Shown here piece after piece: positions 25,372 through 38,399 of a DNA stretch of 64,000 bases. Every line of letters begins with the position of its first letter. The first letter of the stretch is position 1. The DNA is taken from NCBI RefSeq assembly GCF_006345805.1, contig NC_042998.1, positions 35,278,001-35,342,000 on the forward strand. The letters are read 5' to 3'. The position numbers and the translations under genes were made by a program. The stretch comes from Octopus sinensis (taxonomy: Eukaryota). Under the pieces are notes generated by a model, which made no database searches, was not told the origin of the DNA, and worked only from the letters and a program-made list of their open reading frames with translations.

Positions 25372-25375
<4 letters not shown>
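25287..25375 (+). mobile_element. tRNA-derived SINE head fragment
   Basis: TAGTGGTTAGG A-box and GAGTTCAATTCC B-box followed by GTGTCCTTGAGCA. Confidence 0.6.
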
Positions 25376-25420
<45 letters not shown>

Positions 25421-25423
<3 letters not shown>

Positions 25424-25768
25424 GGTAAAAAACGGTAAGATAACAAAAGAAAGAGACCTCAATATTGTGTAAATAGAGGAATTTATCTGTAAAATAATAT
25501 GTGACAATTATTCAATAGCCAAGAAAAAACTCTGAGTTTCGGATGCCGAGGTGGAAATTCACAACACCATCTCTTCGGTTATCTGGCCATCTGAAAAACG
25601 CTATCAAAAAAGACCGCTATACAAAGGGAAATTTGTATAACGGTCTTTTTTCATAGCGATTTTCAGATGGCCAGATAACCGAAGAGATGGTGTTGTGGAT
25701 TTCCACCTCGGCATCCGAAACTCAGAGTTTTATCTTGGCTATTGAATAATTGTCACATACTATTTTGC
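25421..25768. mobile_element. Fold-back PLE-type terminal repeat element with two HHR-like motifs
   Basis: Palindrome ~25490-25768 centred near 25630; motifs at 25523-25583 (-) and 25674-25734 (+); (TA)n flanks. Confidence 0.8.
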
Positions 25769-26219
25769 ATATATATATATATATATATATGAAATCTTGC
25801 ACGCTATTTAATGTATTCCTATCTGTCTAAAACTTGTCACTGGTGACTGAGAGTTGTTCCCCTTAGTGCATTGTCGTTTCATTTATGCAAATTCCATCGG
25901 CCGTTGATGTCTCTAAGGATCCCGTCTGCCGGAGCTAAGGGAGACAAACGCTGTGCTGATAACGCCTATTGGCGCAGATACAAGTGCACATAACTGTACT
26001 TTATCCTGCAGGGAAAAGAACTGCCGTTTCTTCAATTGTATATCGATTGTGGAGAATATGATGTTTCTTCAGATTATCACATTTTCTTATTTGGAACTGA
26101 TCCAAACTGCCACCAAGCATTTGTTCTACTTTGGTCTGGAACTGAAGAGAGTTCCAGTAAATCAAAAAAACTATCTCCTTTAGTGTGCGTTAGTGCGTCT
26201 GTGCGTTCATGTTTGTTCC

Positions 26220-26512
26220 TTCTCGAGCCATGCCTGGCTCATAAGGGCCGGTTTCCCCGTTTCCTTGGCGTATAGGTTCCCCACCTGGACGGTACGCCGA
26301 TCCGTCGCATGTGTGCTGTAAGATGCAGGAGGAAAGTTTGAGAAAAAGTTGTGGCGAAAAATCAGCAGAAGTTCGCCGTTACCTTCTGACGGAGCCGCTT
26401 GGAGCTTAGGTGTTTTGCTCATAAACACACACATCGCCCGGTCTGAGATTCGAACCCGCGATCCCTTGATCGCGAGTCCGCTGCTCTAACCACCAGGCCA
26501 TGTGCCTCCACT
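26220..26512 (-). mobile_element. tRNA-derived SINE, family C variant
   Basis: Reverse complement GTGGAGGCACATGGCCTGGTGGTTAGAGCAGCGGACTCGCG..GGTTCGAATCTCAG matches the head at 54620. Confidence 0.8.
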
Positions 26513-27158
26513 GTGCGTTCATGTGCACACCTGTATGTAAGTGTTTGCATTTCTTGTGAGGCATAGAATACATTGAAAACATTTAACTTCATAGGACTGT
26601 CCTTCCTGCCTTTTTATATGCACATAATAATGTTTGCTAAATTCATAATGTTTTTGATTTTTACAAAATAGATTTTACATAAGCCATATATGTGCTGCTC
26701 CAATTGTATGCAACCGAATCTGAATGACTGCCAACAAATTCACAACATTATGAGGAGTCGATGAGTGTACCAATGAAAATGGAAGAAATTGGAATAAAAC
26801 CGACCCTTTCAGCTATCAGAGCAAGTTCTTGCATCCTCACAAAGGCTTTGCTTTAGTTTTGCCATTGGGCATATTGTGAGGAATTGAGGGAGCGATGTGC
26901 AGCCAACTCTTTCTTTTGATAAAAAAGAACTTCAACTCGTCCAGCATCTAGTGTGTGAGTCTGTGTGTATGTGTGTGTGCGCGTGCGAGTGCGCGTGCGA
27001 GTGCGAGTGCGCGTGCGAGTGCGAGTGCGCGTGCGAGTGCGTGTGTATACAAACTTATATGAAGACTAAGCAGCGTCGAAACTTCGAGGTCACTATCAAC
27101 ATTATTTTTGTTAAAGAATAATATGCATGAGTGTGTAAGTATATATACATACATATAC

Positions 27159-27235
<77 letters not shown>

Positions 27236-27246
27236 ATATATATATA

Positions 27247-27732
27247 TGAAAAAACAAGTCAAAATAGAAAATGCTAAAATAATTTTATAAAGAACATTTC
27301 AGTACCGGTTTCGGTCATTTTGAGACCTTTTCAACTGTAACGATTAAATAATTAAATTGGAAAAATTAAAAGAAAAGTTTTTTTAAAGGAATATTTGTAT
27401 AGTGTTCAAATATAAGTGGCATTCTGCCTTTCTCTGTCTCCCTTGTTTGCACTTGTGTGTTCGAGGCCGTTGTGAATGGCCTCGAACGTTGTGAATGGCC
27501 ATTCACAACGGCCTCGAACACACAAGTGCAAACAAGGGAGACAGAGAAAGGCAAATACCACTTATATTTGAACACTATACAAATATTCCTTTAAAAAAAC
27601 TTTTCTTTTAATTTTTCCAAATTTAATTATTTAATCGTTACAGTTGAAAAGGTCTCAAAATGACCGAAACCGGTACTGAAATGTTCTTTATAAAATTATT
27701 TTAGCATTTTCTATTTTGACTTGTTTTTTCAT
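27247..27732. mobile_element. ~490-bp fold-back of a Neptune-PLE 3' terminal repeat with two intact HHR motifs
   Basis: Arms are reverse complements over ~230 bp; (TA)n flanks; arm end matches 12640-12705. Confidence 0.85.
27641..27678 (+). ncRNA. Type I hammerhead ribozyme motif, U3-A8 core variant (mirror copy 27300-27337, -)
   Basis: CAG-TTGAAAA-GGTC(TCAAAAT)GACC-GAAAC-CGGT-A-CTG: stem I CAG/CTG, stem II GGTC/GACC, palindromic stem III ACCGGT, GUA site. Confidence 0.7.
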
Positions 27733-27761
27733 ATATATCAACTCGTGTGTTCCTTTTCACC

Positions 27762-27809
<48 letters not shown>

Positions 27810-28449
27810 AAAAAAGCAACAAGAATGGATTAAAATCTCGGTACGATCGTTTCGTACGAGGACATCTTTAATAAGCTACAAAAAATGCAGTGAATACAGA
27901 TGGCTCGTACTCGTCAGCCGAAAAAATATCAGAGAATTCCCAAACATCAAAAGGGGTAGATACAAAAGAGGTTGTAAGATTAACTGCATTGAAGAAAGTT
28001 CGATTCATGGAGATCCGATGAAAGGTTTTAAACCTATAGAATTTATGCATGTCTACATATAGCTCATATTGAATATTTGATCAAGTTGTATGAAGAAATA
28101 TTCGGATACAGTCATGCAAAATTTCTGAAAATCCGAGTAAGAGGCAAAGTGACTGCCATATCATGTAGAGGAAAGTTTGAGTAAAAGCATAGTGACTGTC
28201 ATATCGTGTAGAGGAATAGATTGTTATTGAAATTTACAAGAATCGCAGATAAGTTCGATTTTTTGGAGATCCGATGAAAAAGTCTTGAACTTACAAAATT
28301 TGTGTATGTCCTTATAGTTCATAATCCAGTTTTGTGGAGATATTTAGGGTACAATCATGCAAAAATATCAGGGAATCCGAATGAGAAGCAAAATGGCAGT
28401 CTTATATTGTAGTGGTTCAGGTTGTTAATGAAATTTTCAAGAATCACAG

Positions 28450-29560
28450 AAAGAGGAGGAAGGAGGTAGGAATTTAATCAGTTACTGCTATTTAAGCTGT
28501 CAAAGAGAAAGGAAAGGGGAAGTTAAGGGGATGGGCACAATTTGATACTAACAAAAAAGTCTAAGTTTGTTTAGAACAAAATTCGAACTGAGGTCAACAA
28601 TTTATTTCTTTATTTATAAATGTTACTATTAATAGATTGTCAGGTTACAAAGAGGTCATTAGAAAGGAAAGAAAAAAGGGGTTGTTTTTAAATGAAATTA
28701 AACAATTATATTATTATTATACAATACTATAATACACTACACTATATTATATTATATTATTTTGATATATTATATCACATCACAATACACTACGATAGAT
28801 CTGGGATTAGCAGAATTAATTTTTAAAGTGTAAAAGAAATTAATAGATTTAACTAACTAATATTTGTAAAGGGATAAAAAATAGACTAAGAAATGGAGAT
28901 AAAAATAGAGCAAAATTTAATTATTTAATAATATGGTCTAATAGAAATAAATCAAAAATTTTAAGTCAATAAGTATTAAATAGTACCATCAGAGAGAGAA
29001 AAAATTATAATCATAGCTAGTTAGAACTTATCATTCTAGTTAAATATATAATATACTATGTAGGAGTGATATGTAAGTCAAAATGAATTTTATGTAAAAT
29101 GATTCCAGTATACAGTTATCAATTGAGATATGATTTAAAATATCATTTAAAATATTTAAGAGTCTTAAACCGAGCATGTATACAAGAGTTTCCAAGTTCA
29201 ATTCTGCTGTTTAATTGAATTTCTCCATTATTTCTATACATTAGTATTTCAAATGCTTCCATGGAGCAAAGTTGGCAGCCTACTCTGCTATTTTTATAGG
29301 GTTTTGCTCTTCTGACTAATTCCCAATTAAGGTTATATTTGATATTATTGTTTTTTAGTTCCCAAATTTTACTAGAAAGAGTAGTGCTATCAGCCTTATG
29401 ACGTAATTTAAAAGATGTATTCACGAAACGATCGTACCGAGATTTTAATCCATTCTTGTTGCTTTTTTCCTATTTGTAATCACCCCACTTGTCGTATGGT
29501 TAACACCATATAGATTTCCGGTGCATCCTAGTTAAGGACCATATTCATGTGAATTCTTTA
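28450..29560 (-). mobile_element. PLE remnant: C-terminal half of GIY-YIG (Naiad-like) plus AT-rich 3' region
   Basis: ORF 29143-29424: STTLSSKIWELK..YNLNWELVRRAKPY....CQLCSME..LNSRIELGNSCIH. Confidence 0.75.
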
Positions 29561-29589
29561 GAATTCACTAGAGTCTCAATTACTTAACC

Positions 29590-29629
<40 letters not shown>

Positions 29630-30561
29630 GCATATATAACATATATATATACATATATATATATTGATATATATATATATACACGCATATACATATGTAT
29701 ATTGATATATGTATATACACACATAGATATACATATATATTCATATATATATATATATATATATATAATATAATATATATATATATATATATATATAAAC
29801 AATAGCAAAATGTGGCAATGGTTCAATAACCCACCTACGTGATATAACGAACATGCGCATCTAAATACCAACCAAAGAGATATAAACTGCAATGATAAAC
29901 ACCAACTACAACCAATTTGTAGTAGTAGAAATACTTATGGTTCAGCTAACACGGTAACAACGCCGGTAAATAGAGTCGGGACTGCCTTATATACAAATAA
30001 ATGCTCATGCAGAGAAAAATCAAAATGTCCTTTGATAAATCTCTGTATGAGTACAAATCTTGTATATAAATGTAACCGTGTACACAAGGGGAGGACCGTA
30101 TGTTTACATTGGGCAGACGGCTGATTCATTTAAGAAATGTTATCGTGACCATGTTGCCAGCTTTAAGATAATCAATAAAAGACATTCAACATCTTTGGCA
30201 GATTTTGTATGGTGAATGAATGGAGATAAAATGAAGTACAGCATTAATTGGCCCATACGCGAAACTATAGAATATAATTTCAAGGAGATTCCGTCTCTGC
30301 TCCGAGGAATCCCTGTCTATTCTGTGGACTAACGAGAAGATCATTAATAGAATTTCTGAACGACTCTCGAGATGCCTACAGATATATAAATGTACTTTTG
30401 CACAAATCAAACCTCACGTGTGCGTATGCTCACGTTTTTGCGGATGCTTGTATGAGTGAGTGTACTCGCACATGCAGCTTGCCCGAGGGCGTTTATACAT
30501 CCAAATTTGTTAACGGTTATCTTTAATACTTTTCTCGCTGGATTGTTCATTTCTCTTTTTT

Positions 30562-30564
<3 letters not shown>

Positions 30565-30605
<41 letters not shown>

Positions 30606-30768
30606 AAATATATATATGCATATATATATATACATATATATATACATATATACATATATATATATGCATATATATACATATATATACATATATACATATA
30701 TATATATATATAATATATATGCATATATATATGCATACATATACATATATACATATACATATATATAC

Positions 30769-30815
<47 letters not shown>

Positions 30816-30826
30816 TATATACATCC

Positions 30827-30857
<31 letters not shown>

Positions 30858-30982
30858 CATGCATATATATATATACATATATACATATATATATACATGT
30901 ATATATATATATATATACATGCATATATATATATATACATATATATTACATCCATATATATATACATATATATGCATATATA

Positions 30983-31012
<30 letters not shown>
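30565..31012. repeat. Compound (TA)n/(TACA)n/(TG)n low-complexity tract
   Basis: Direct reading. Confidence 0.95.
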
Positions 31013-31013
<1 letters not shown>

Positions 31014-32343
31014 TATATATTTAAATTCCGTCTAATGACATAATGTAATAGATATGTACGATGAATGATCGAGTTGGTTTACCACTAAATCTCCGCCTTG
31101 AATTTCAACTAAAGCAAAAGTGGTGTTATAGTGTCCTAGTAATGAATGGCTATAAGTTGAGTAATGAATGGCTATTGAGCGGGTAAATATATATGTATAT
31201 TAGAATGAAAGAATAAACAAGCAAATATGCCGTATCACTTTAGAGCATGTAATTTATAATTGAAACAAAATTGCAGAGTTATTAGAGTAAGTAAGGGATT
31301 AAGAAATGAGGCAATTGTTTCTAGAATAATTGTGCATATTGTGCATAGGCCACTGAACAAGAACAAAGATTTCCCTTTATATCAAAGTTACCGTCTTCAG
31401 AAGGAAAGAATTAAGGAATATCCTTAATAAAGGATATTAGTAGTTACCAACCCCACCGTCGAAGAATTAAAGAATATAATTAGATGAAAGTAGTTGTCAG
31501 TTCCATCGTTGAAGAGATCTCGTACATGTCTATATGTGTGTGTCTAATATTTGTATGCTTGTATCTATGTTTCTGTTATACGCGCTATGTTCCTTTATGT
31601 TTCGTAATTTAATGATACAAATCGATAAAATACGTGTTAGGCTGAATTAAGCGTTGGGATTGATGCGATCGGCAAAACCTTGAGGCGAAGATCGAACATA
31701 TCCGCTGGGAAAGGAGTGAAACAGGCGAAACCATATATTTAAGAATATTTTATGTATTAGATAAATCATATTCTTTCCTCTTAAATAAGCTGAAAATATC
31801 CAATATATGTTTTCTTGCATATTGATCCTTTTGGGCATTATAGGGTTAATTCAAGTTGGTATTGTGTTTTATTGTTAATTTCTTGCTTATTACAACAACA
31901 AAAAATGTATTTTGAATAGATTTTTACTGCGTTACGACTTCAAATCGATAACATTTTCTTTTCTTTTCGTTATCAAATACATTATCCTCGTAGAGTTATT
32001 TCTTAATCTTCACGTTTCGGTTTAAACTTTTTTGGAAATACTTTGTTGTACTATTGTTTTAATAAGAAGTCTTTCTAACATCATGTGTTACGTTTTGTGT
32101 GAAAGTCTTTTACATGAATTTTTCCGTCAAAATACGTGTTTATTATTTTCTTCTCTAAATTTAATTTGATGTATAAAAGCCCGCGGCATTCGTTATCTTT
32201 AAATCAATGAGAAAAATCTGTTTCATTACATTTTTGGCCATACATTGCGTTCTGGGTTCAATTATTGTAGATTTTACAACCCCATTCCATCGAGATAGGA
32301 ATTTGATCGTGTAACTTACAATAGCAGTTACTGCGATAATGTA

Positions 32344-33000
32344 CAGGGTGCTCAGGTTAAATTTGACAGTTTGCATAAAAGGAAACGAAAACACGATATC
32401 CCATCCAAATATAAAGGTATTTTACAAATCAAAATATACCAACTGGACTATGGTCGGGAGATAACAGTTTCCTCAAAGTAGCCGCCCTAAACTTCCGCCA
32501 CGGTCTCCAGATGGCTCCGGAGCCAAGTGCATGTGTTCCTCACTATCTTCCCAGGGACATTCTCCGAACACCTGCTTGATTCTGACCATCAAATTGGCAT
32601 TGGTATTTCAGGCAGAGCAGTTGATATCTTTTTTAACTGTGTCCCACACATAGTTGTCTATGGGATTACAATCGGGGAATTAGGAGCCTGAAATTGGAGC
32701 TGGTAAAGTCGTAGAAATTCTCCGACCACCACTTATCATTTCAGGAGGTATGGTAAAGAGCCGAATTCTTCTTCCACATAAATAGCCTTCCAGCAGCAAT
32801 CCTCTCCAGCCAGGGATTGGCCACAATCTCCAACAGCTTCACATAACCATCTGAATTGAACTTAAGACCTTCTTCAAAGATGTGGGGGTAATCCCTGCGT
32901 GCGGACGCAGTCAGAATGCCTGCTGGGCCCCTTCCTGCTGGTCACGGTTTCATAGTCTCAACAATGATCTCTGCTACTCTTAGGATGCTTGGCAACTAAG
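32344..33000 (-). mobile_element. Degenerate Tc1/mariner (maT/DD37D-like) remnant
   Basis: TA|CAGGGTG terminus; minus strand reads APNSPDCNPIDNYVWDTV. Confidence 0.7.
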
Positions 33001-36000
33001 TTTACCGCTTTATGCTGGCACACACTCAAGCTGACTGCCAACATGCTGTAAGTGAATTTAGTAACAACAGTAAAAATATAAAAATATTCCATTCATTGAC
33101 AGAACGAAGTGTTTAAACATTTCAAAGATATTTTCAATGAAATTTTTCGAGAGAAGATTACTTCTTCATAAAAGACAGCATCTGACAAGAGTAAATAAAA
33201 AGGCAAGTGTGCTGACTCTAACAACGTTTAACAAAAGCGAAGGAGATTTATTTACAATGTAGAGCCTTCCCTCCTTATTTTTTCCAATTAGCGCTTGTTT
33301 ATATGATAGGGCATATGAACAAGCGCTAGTTTGCAAAAATAAGAAGGGAAGGCTCTACACCTTGGTGATACAGATGAAAGAAAGGCGAAACAATAAAAAA
33401 AAAGTGCCATTGCTGAAAACAGGGAAAAGGTTCTCCAATATTCGGGAAACTATCAGTTTGAAAAACTACGGAAGCCTCTAAGTTCGAAACACTTCGGAAA
33501 ACTTTCAGTCATATCGTGTAGCTTATCACATACGAAAAGACCAATATAGTCTCCACCAACAAAGAGTGAAAAATTTTTTTTTTTTTTAATGTTTGGAGAT
33601 ATTAAAGTTGTCATTGAAAACTCTGATATCAGAAGAGAGATGCTGAAAGTAAAATGATTAAGAAGAAATTCAATGGAAACCAATCAGTAATCTAGAGAGA
33701 CACGAGAGAACAATCCATAAAAATCAAAGCAGCTCGTTCCCAAGGAGATTCAGTGTCATTCTAAAGAAAACTCTAGAATGAGGTGAGAGGGCAGGATGAG
33801 TACGAGAAATCCACAACAAATATTGATTTAATATTAAACCCAGAACATTGAACATCAATGAAGGGACTGTTGAGATTGTGATCCCAAAACTTCATGATAG
33901 AACAGCTAAGGGAAATGACTTGATTGCTTGATAATGGTACACAAACTGAACTTTGATCAGCTGTAAACGGAGACATAAGCATATCAAGCTAGTTAATACA
34001 AGCAAAAACAAAACTGATACTCAAAACAAAAATTGCTACTCACTTGGTTATTTTTCCGATATCTGAAGTGGAATGTTACAGGTTCTTAGGAATAATAATT
34101 TTCAATAGATCATACGGTGCGGAGATGTGATCATTGTGAGCAAGGAACCGTAAACCAGTTGATGTCCAATCCGAAGAACTGTTAAGGAAAACATACATAA
34201 AAATCAAATTTTCAATTCTTAATTCATTTCATTTTTACTTTGAGGTGAAGCAGTTGGGATGGGAGATGCATATTGAAGATATTACGGATATGAAGAAGAC
34301 TATTCCTGGTTAGTCTCTGAATAAAGCTTCTAGAAGATTTTTCAGCATATTACTTTCTTAACATATTCCAAGAAAATTTGGTATGTATTCTTGAATCTAG
34401 AATGTTTTACATCCTGTCCGGAAACGAAAAAAAGCTTGCAGTAAATTTAAACTAACGATGCATTCATTGATAAGGTAATGGCATTTTTCCGCAGATTTAC
34501 TTTTAACTAAACCCATGGAATGTTTATAATAACGTTCTTGTTGACCAGATATTTGATTACATCTATAATAGAGATGATATCATCTATCATAGATGTGATG
34601 TGTTTAGAAATACAATATACATAAGTGGGAAGCAAAATTCGTGCAAGAAGCAGCTATCGAGTTCGCCATTGGCATGTCGGCCAACTTGAGCCTCATCAGC
34701 AATTTAACTTTCAACCATGTTGTATGATACCGAGATGATTATTTAAAACTAATACTGCTTCCTATTGCATATATCGGGTTTTTATTCGGCTGGACGGTTT
34801 CTAATAATACAAAATGTTTTATTCACTGTTTTCTATGCATCGGTAACAAATTTCGTTTAGTCAGACTGGCTGCGAATACACGTCATTCATGTGCATTTGG
34901 CGTTTTTGCAAGCCACTACTGGGATTGATTTTCATCTCCCACTGATGTCCACACACATACATTTGTAAACACATTACACCCATCAGAGATGTTATATCTG
35001 GAAGAATATTGCAGTAATTTGTCTTTCGACGATATATTCATATGAGATATGATGCAGAGATGGCTAATTATTAACATTAATGTTGACACCGAATGCTTTA
35101 CATGAGATTTATAAGTTTGTTGAAAAACCTATGTTGACCATTACAATATTGTTCTGACTATAATTTATATAACTATAATTATTTGATATTTTCTTCTAAT
35201 TTACTTTGTATATTATTAATTGAAAATATATCAACATTTAAAATATATTCGCACATAAGCCGCCCGAAACGATAAATTATAAAATTACCGCTTGGAATCC
35301 TATTCTAAAAAGAACAATTTCAACACAATTATTGCTTTTAAATAATTTTCTCTCGGGGAATAAAACATATAACGATATATCATTTTCAACCTTTTGTCGT
35401 TCGGATGATTTGTTAGTTTCTGCAGCAATTAATTAGAAGCTGTTTAATTTAATGGTATAACCTGATTATTTAATCTAAAATGCTTCAGAAAAGTTTTCAA
35501 GAGAATTAACAGACATAATTCTTCTCTTCATGAAATGCGAAAAGATTTTATCGCTTCTGTCTCTGTTTTTTGTAATATATAAAAATGTGTTACAAGTCTG
35601 TTGAAAATATTCATAACACTCAATCGTTCTAACAAAGTTTTTGCAATCAATTTTGCTTATATGGAAAAAGTAAGAATATAATCGAACAAAGTTTGGAAAA
35701 GCCAAAATAATAACTACTGCCAGATTTGGTAAAGTAGTTATTGAAATCCAGATTTTACTATAAGTAATTTTTCATCATTCCAGTTTTAAAAAAATATCAG
35801 TGTTTGAAGTTGCTCTATAGATTCTTAATCTTTTCAGAATTCTATGTAGACAAACTCTTTAGATGTATGGATGATTTTTTTTTAGTAATATTCTAATACA
35901 TTTACAACGTATCGATGCGTTTGCATAATAAAGAGTTCCTGAGTTGGTCGAATCCTTAGCAAGAAACAGTCTTTCTTCGTATATTTTGGTGAATGTTTTA

Positions 36001-36750
36001 AGATTGACTGGAAATATATATTTATAAGAATTGGATAGATATAAACAGAAATTTAAATAGAAAGAAGGAAAATATAATTTTTTTATCCACTAAAAAGAGA
36101 AAGCTCAGAAAAGTACGATATCAGATGACAATTTTTATAGAGATAAAAGGCGGAAATAACAAAGAAAAGTGAATAAAATGCTATCTTTCATATTTAGGTA
36201 TGAAAGCAAATACGCAATAAATCGAAATTTGAATATAGACAATGATAGTAACTTATTTTAAAGAATCAGCGTAATCTAGAATTGGTTTGAAATATATTTA
36301 GGAATGGAAAATAAACAAAAAGGGAAACTAAAAGTCTAAAATTGGGCATCGAATCTAACGGGTGAATCTTTAATCGTGATATAAATTTACTTTCTTCAGT
36401 TGTATTACTGATGCCTACACAACGCGTCTTAAAATAATTAAATTTTATATAAACAGAATTTACTGTCACATTAATTTAAAATGTTGATTTATACAATGAG
36501 TTGCTTTGTAGAAGCAACTTATAGTAAACACGCTCGTTAGAGAAAATACTGTCTAATTAATAGCGATAAAGAATTAATTCCGAAATACTGTATTAGATAA
36601 CAAATATCCCATTCTTTCTCCGATTGTACATCTTTAAAACATCGATGAAAAAAAAGAATATTTTATTAGTTTGCAAGTAATGATCTACCATATTCTTATG
36701 CTGCTACTAAAAAAGAAACACAACGCTTGATTCAGTTTCCCTTTTATTGT

Positions 36751-36920
36751 GCGTAGGAGTGGCTGTGTGGTAAGTAGCTTGCTAAACAACCACACGGTTG
36801 CGGGTTCAGTCCCACTGCGTGGCATCTTGGGCAAGTGTCTTCTACTATAGCCCCGGGCCGACCAATGCCTTGTGAGTGGATTTGGTAGACGGAAACTGAA
36901 AGAAGCCTGTCGTATATATG

Positions 36921-36964
<44 letters not shown>

Positions 36965-37167
36965 TGTTTGTCCCCCTAGCATTGCTTGACAACCGATGCT
37001 GGTGTGTTTACGTCCCCGTCACTTAGCAGTTCGGCAAAAAAAACCGATAGAATAAGTACTGGGCTTACAAAAGAATTAGTCCCGGGGTCGAGTTGCTCGA
37101 TTAAAGGCGGTGCTCCAGCATGGCCGCAGTCAAATGACTGAAACAAGTAAAAGAGTAAAAGAGTAAA
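36751..37167 (+). mobile_element. SINE family B, full length
   Basis: Head, body, (TG)n, 3' GGCGGTGCTCCAGCATGGCCGCAGTCAAATGACTGAAAC and (AGTAAAAG)n tail. Confidence 0.92.
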
Positions 37168-37499
37168 CTAACTGAATGCATTTTAATTTTAGTGTTGTTT
37201 AAAATGACTAATTCACCTCTCTCAATACATGAAGATTAATCTGCAGGTTCCTCAGTTACAAATATATCATCAAAATACTCCTACTAACCGTATTACATAC
37301 ATGCACGCACACACACACACACACATACACACATACATATATACACAGGCATTCACTTACACGCGCGCACATCCACGTCAAAGTCGCTACAAATTCTCAT
37401 ATACACACATACGCTCGGGCACCTTCGTTTTTTGATCGCCAATACTTTATTATCTCTCCTTCTTTCTGCCTCTCCTGTCAAACCTCCCCCGCCCAATCA

Positions 37500-37693
37500 G
37501 TCGCTATGCTTGATCGCTAAATCTACAGGCTTTTTATTCTCTCTCTGTTTATTTTCTCTTATTCGTTTCTGTTGAAGAACGTGGGCTCGAAACCTAAAAG
37601 ACTTTCTCACTTTCCCATGCGTCAAACTAAAACACCTGCTTGTTGTTTATACACCTGTCTTCGTCTTTTATTTTCCTGTAAATTTCAAATTAT

Positions 37694-37695
<2 letters not shown>
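37500..37695 (+). mobile_element. Short PLE-type repeat with a degenerate HHR motif (37566-37599)
   Basis: TTT-CTGTTGA-A-GAAC(GTGG)GCTC-GAAAC-CT-A-AAA; same family as the copies at 40.6, 43.6, 56.5 and 62.7 kb. Confidence 0.65.
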
Positions 37696-37732
<37 letters not shown>

Positions 37733-38399
37733 ACAATAATTATAACGATATAGAATATGGAGACTTGTACATCCTCAAAATTTGTTACCTTTTATTTTAC
37801 AATTTCATACAGCATATTTTTATGGTTATTTCGACCTACACGTGTTTCCACTGCATATAGTATGGGCAGTTGGACATGCAACCAGGCATAATTTTCTGTA
37901 CAGCTTCATTCCGTGTTTGTCCACCAGCTAGTCGCGAAGCGAACTGAATACAATTAGTTGTTTGTTGGTTAAGATTCAGAGAGAATTGATGGAAGGTTGT
38001 TTTGAATGTGAAATCTGATCTCTTAGTAAGCTTGTGTGGTTGAGCTTGGTATCACACTAGCTGCTGGCCGAAGTCAGGATTCTATCTAATTAGGTCGAGC
38101 TGTTTTGGCAGGCTTCATTGTGCATTGTAGTAGTTGGGTAGTCCTTGTAATGTTTTTAGTTATTCATATATTTTCGTACTATGTTATTTGTGCTGAGTAG
38201 TAGAAGACAGACTGAATATATCCTAGGTTAGTTATGACAAATCCATGTATTTGTGAAGTTTTGTGGAAATAGGCTTCTTTCCTTCCAATCCCATCAATCT
38301 GTGGGTAGGATATTGAGTGTCTAGAACGTTCGTTAAATTTCTGAAATATTTTGGTATGTTTATGCAAGCATCTTAAAGCCTGTTTCAGTGTACTATTAA

